Source: Frankineae bacterium MT45 (GTDB lineage Bacteria; Actinomycetota; Actinomycetes; Mycobacteriales; Jatrophihabitantaceae). From it: 24,000 bases of DNA. A program made the translations under genes and the position numbers. The stretch lies in the NCBI GenBank assembly GCA_900100325.1, contig LT629697.1, forward strand, positions 1,647,423-1,671,422, in the 5' to 3' direction. Under the pieces are notes generated by a model. The model did no database searches. It was not told the DNA's origin and worked only from the letters and a program-made list of their open reading frames with translations. How positions within the stretch are numbered: position 1 is the first letter of the stretch; each line of letters begins with the position of its first letter. Shown piece after piece: positions 23,787 through 24,000 of this stretch.

Positions 23787-24000
23787 TTATTCGTCCGTAT
23801 TTTCCGATGGAGTCAGCAGTTCTCCGAGGCGGTCGAGCCGCCGCTCGGCCGGAAGCCGCTGCCGCCGCATCCAGTCACTGGCCGGCGTCAACGCCTCGAC
23901 CGATAACTGGTACGTGCGCACCCGGCCGACCTTGCTCGACGTGACCACTCCGGCCGTCTCCAGGACACCGAGGTGCTGGACGACGGTCGGCAGCGCCATG
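23787..24000 (-). CDS. ArsR/SmtB-family transcriptional regulator (5' end beyond the window)
   Basis: The recognition-helix region ALPTVVQHLGVLETAGVVTSSKVGRVRTYQL sits at the very start of the visible ORF, so the true N-terminus lies beyond 24000. Confidence 0.85.
   Translation of the reverse strand, partial: MALPTVVQHLGVLETAGVVTSSKVGRVRTYQLSVEALTPASDWMRRQRLPAERRLDRLGELLTPSENTDE

Noticed and set aside
1-24000. Search for mobile-element boundaries around the KAP module: integrase, transposase, tRNA attachment site, flanking direct repeats, GC shift
   Set aside because: No such genes or repeats are visible, and by eye the composition of 1-4789 matches the rest of the window. An island cannot be claimed from this window, and its left side is off-window.

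Overview
High-GC, strongly GC3-biased sequence of actinobacterial type: mycothiol/DinB-type, F420-PPOX-type and SoxR families are all present. I can support 23 protein-coding genes. I saw no rRNA, tRNA, CRISPR array, transposase or integrase. Gene order, left to right: (1) 1-1856 (-), an edge-truncated KAP-family P-loop NTPase with Clp_N-like and degenerate trypsin-like N-terminal domains; it is missing from the supplied ORF track because it has no stop codon inside the window. (2) 2030-4789 (+), a divergently transcribed 919-aa polytopic membrane protein whose N- and C-terminal soluble parts together look like a split alpha/beta-hydrolase. (3) A DUF1206 membrane protein and the Kup K+ transporter. 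(4) A nonapeptide-repeat protein that overlaps the start of an RDD membrane protein. (5) A ferredoxin-reductase-type flavoprotein. (6) A secreted S53 (sedolisin-like) peptidase with about six Ig-like repeats, an HExxH (M50-like) membrane protein and a class-F-like sortase. (7) A short GntR regulator. (8) A run of small-molecule and redox-stress genes: DinB, HAD, mycothiol-type isomerase family, two VOC proteins, PPOX, SoxR, SDR, a QueA-like protein, an EamA exporter, SRPBCC and ArsR. The best candidate for an undescribed system is the KAP NTPase / split-hydrolase membrane protein pair at 1-4789. Second-tier candidates are the nonapeptide-repeat/RDD pair and the SoxR-facing SDR/QueA-like operon. 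All functional calls come from reading motifs by eye; no database search was run.
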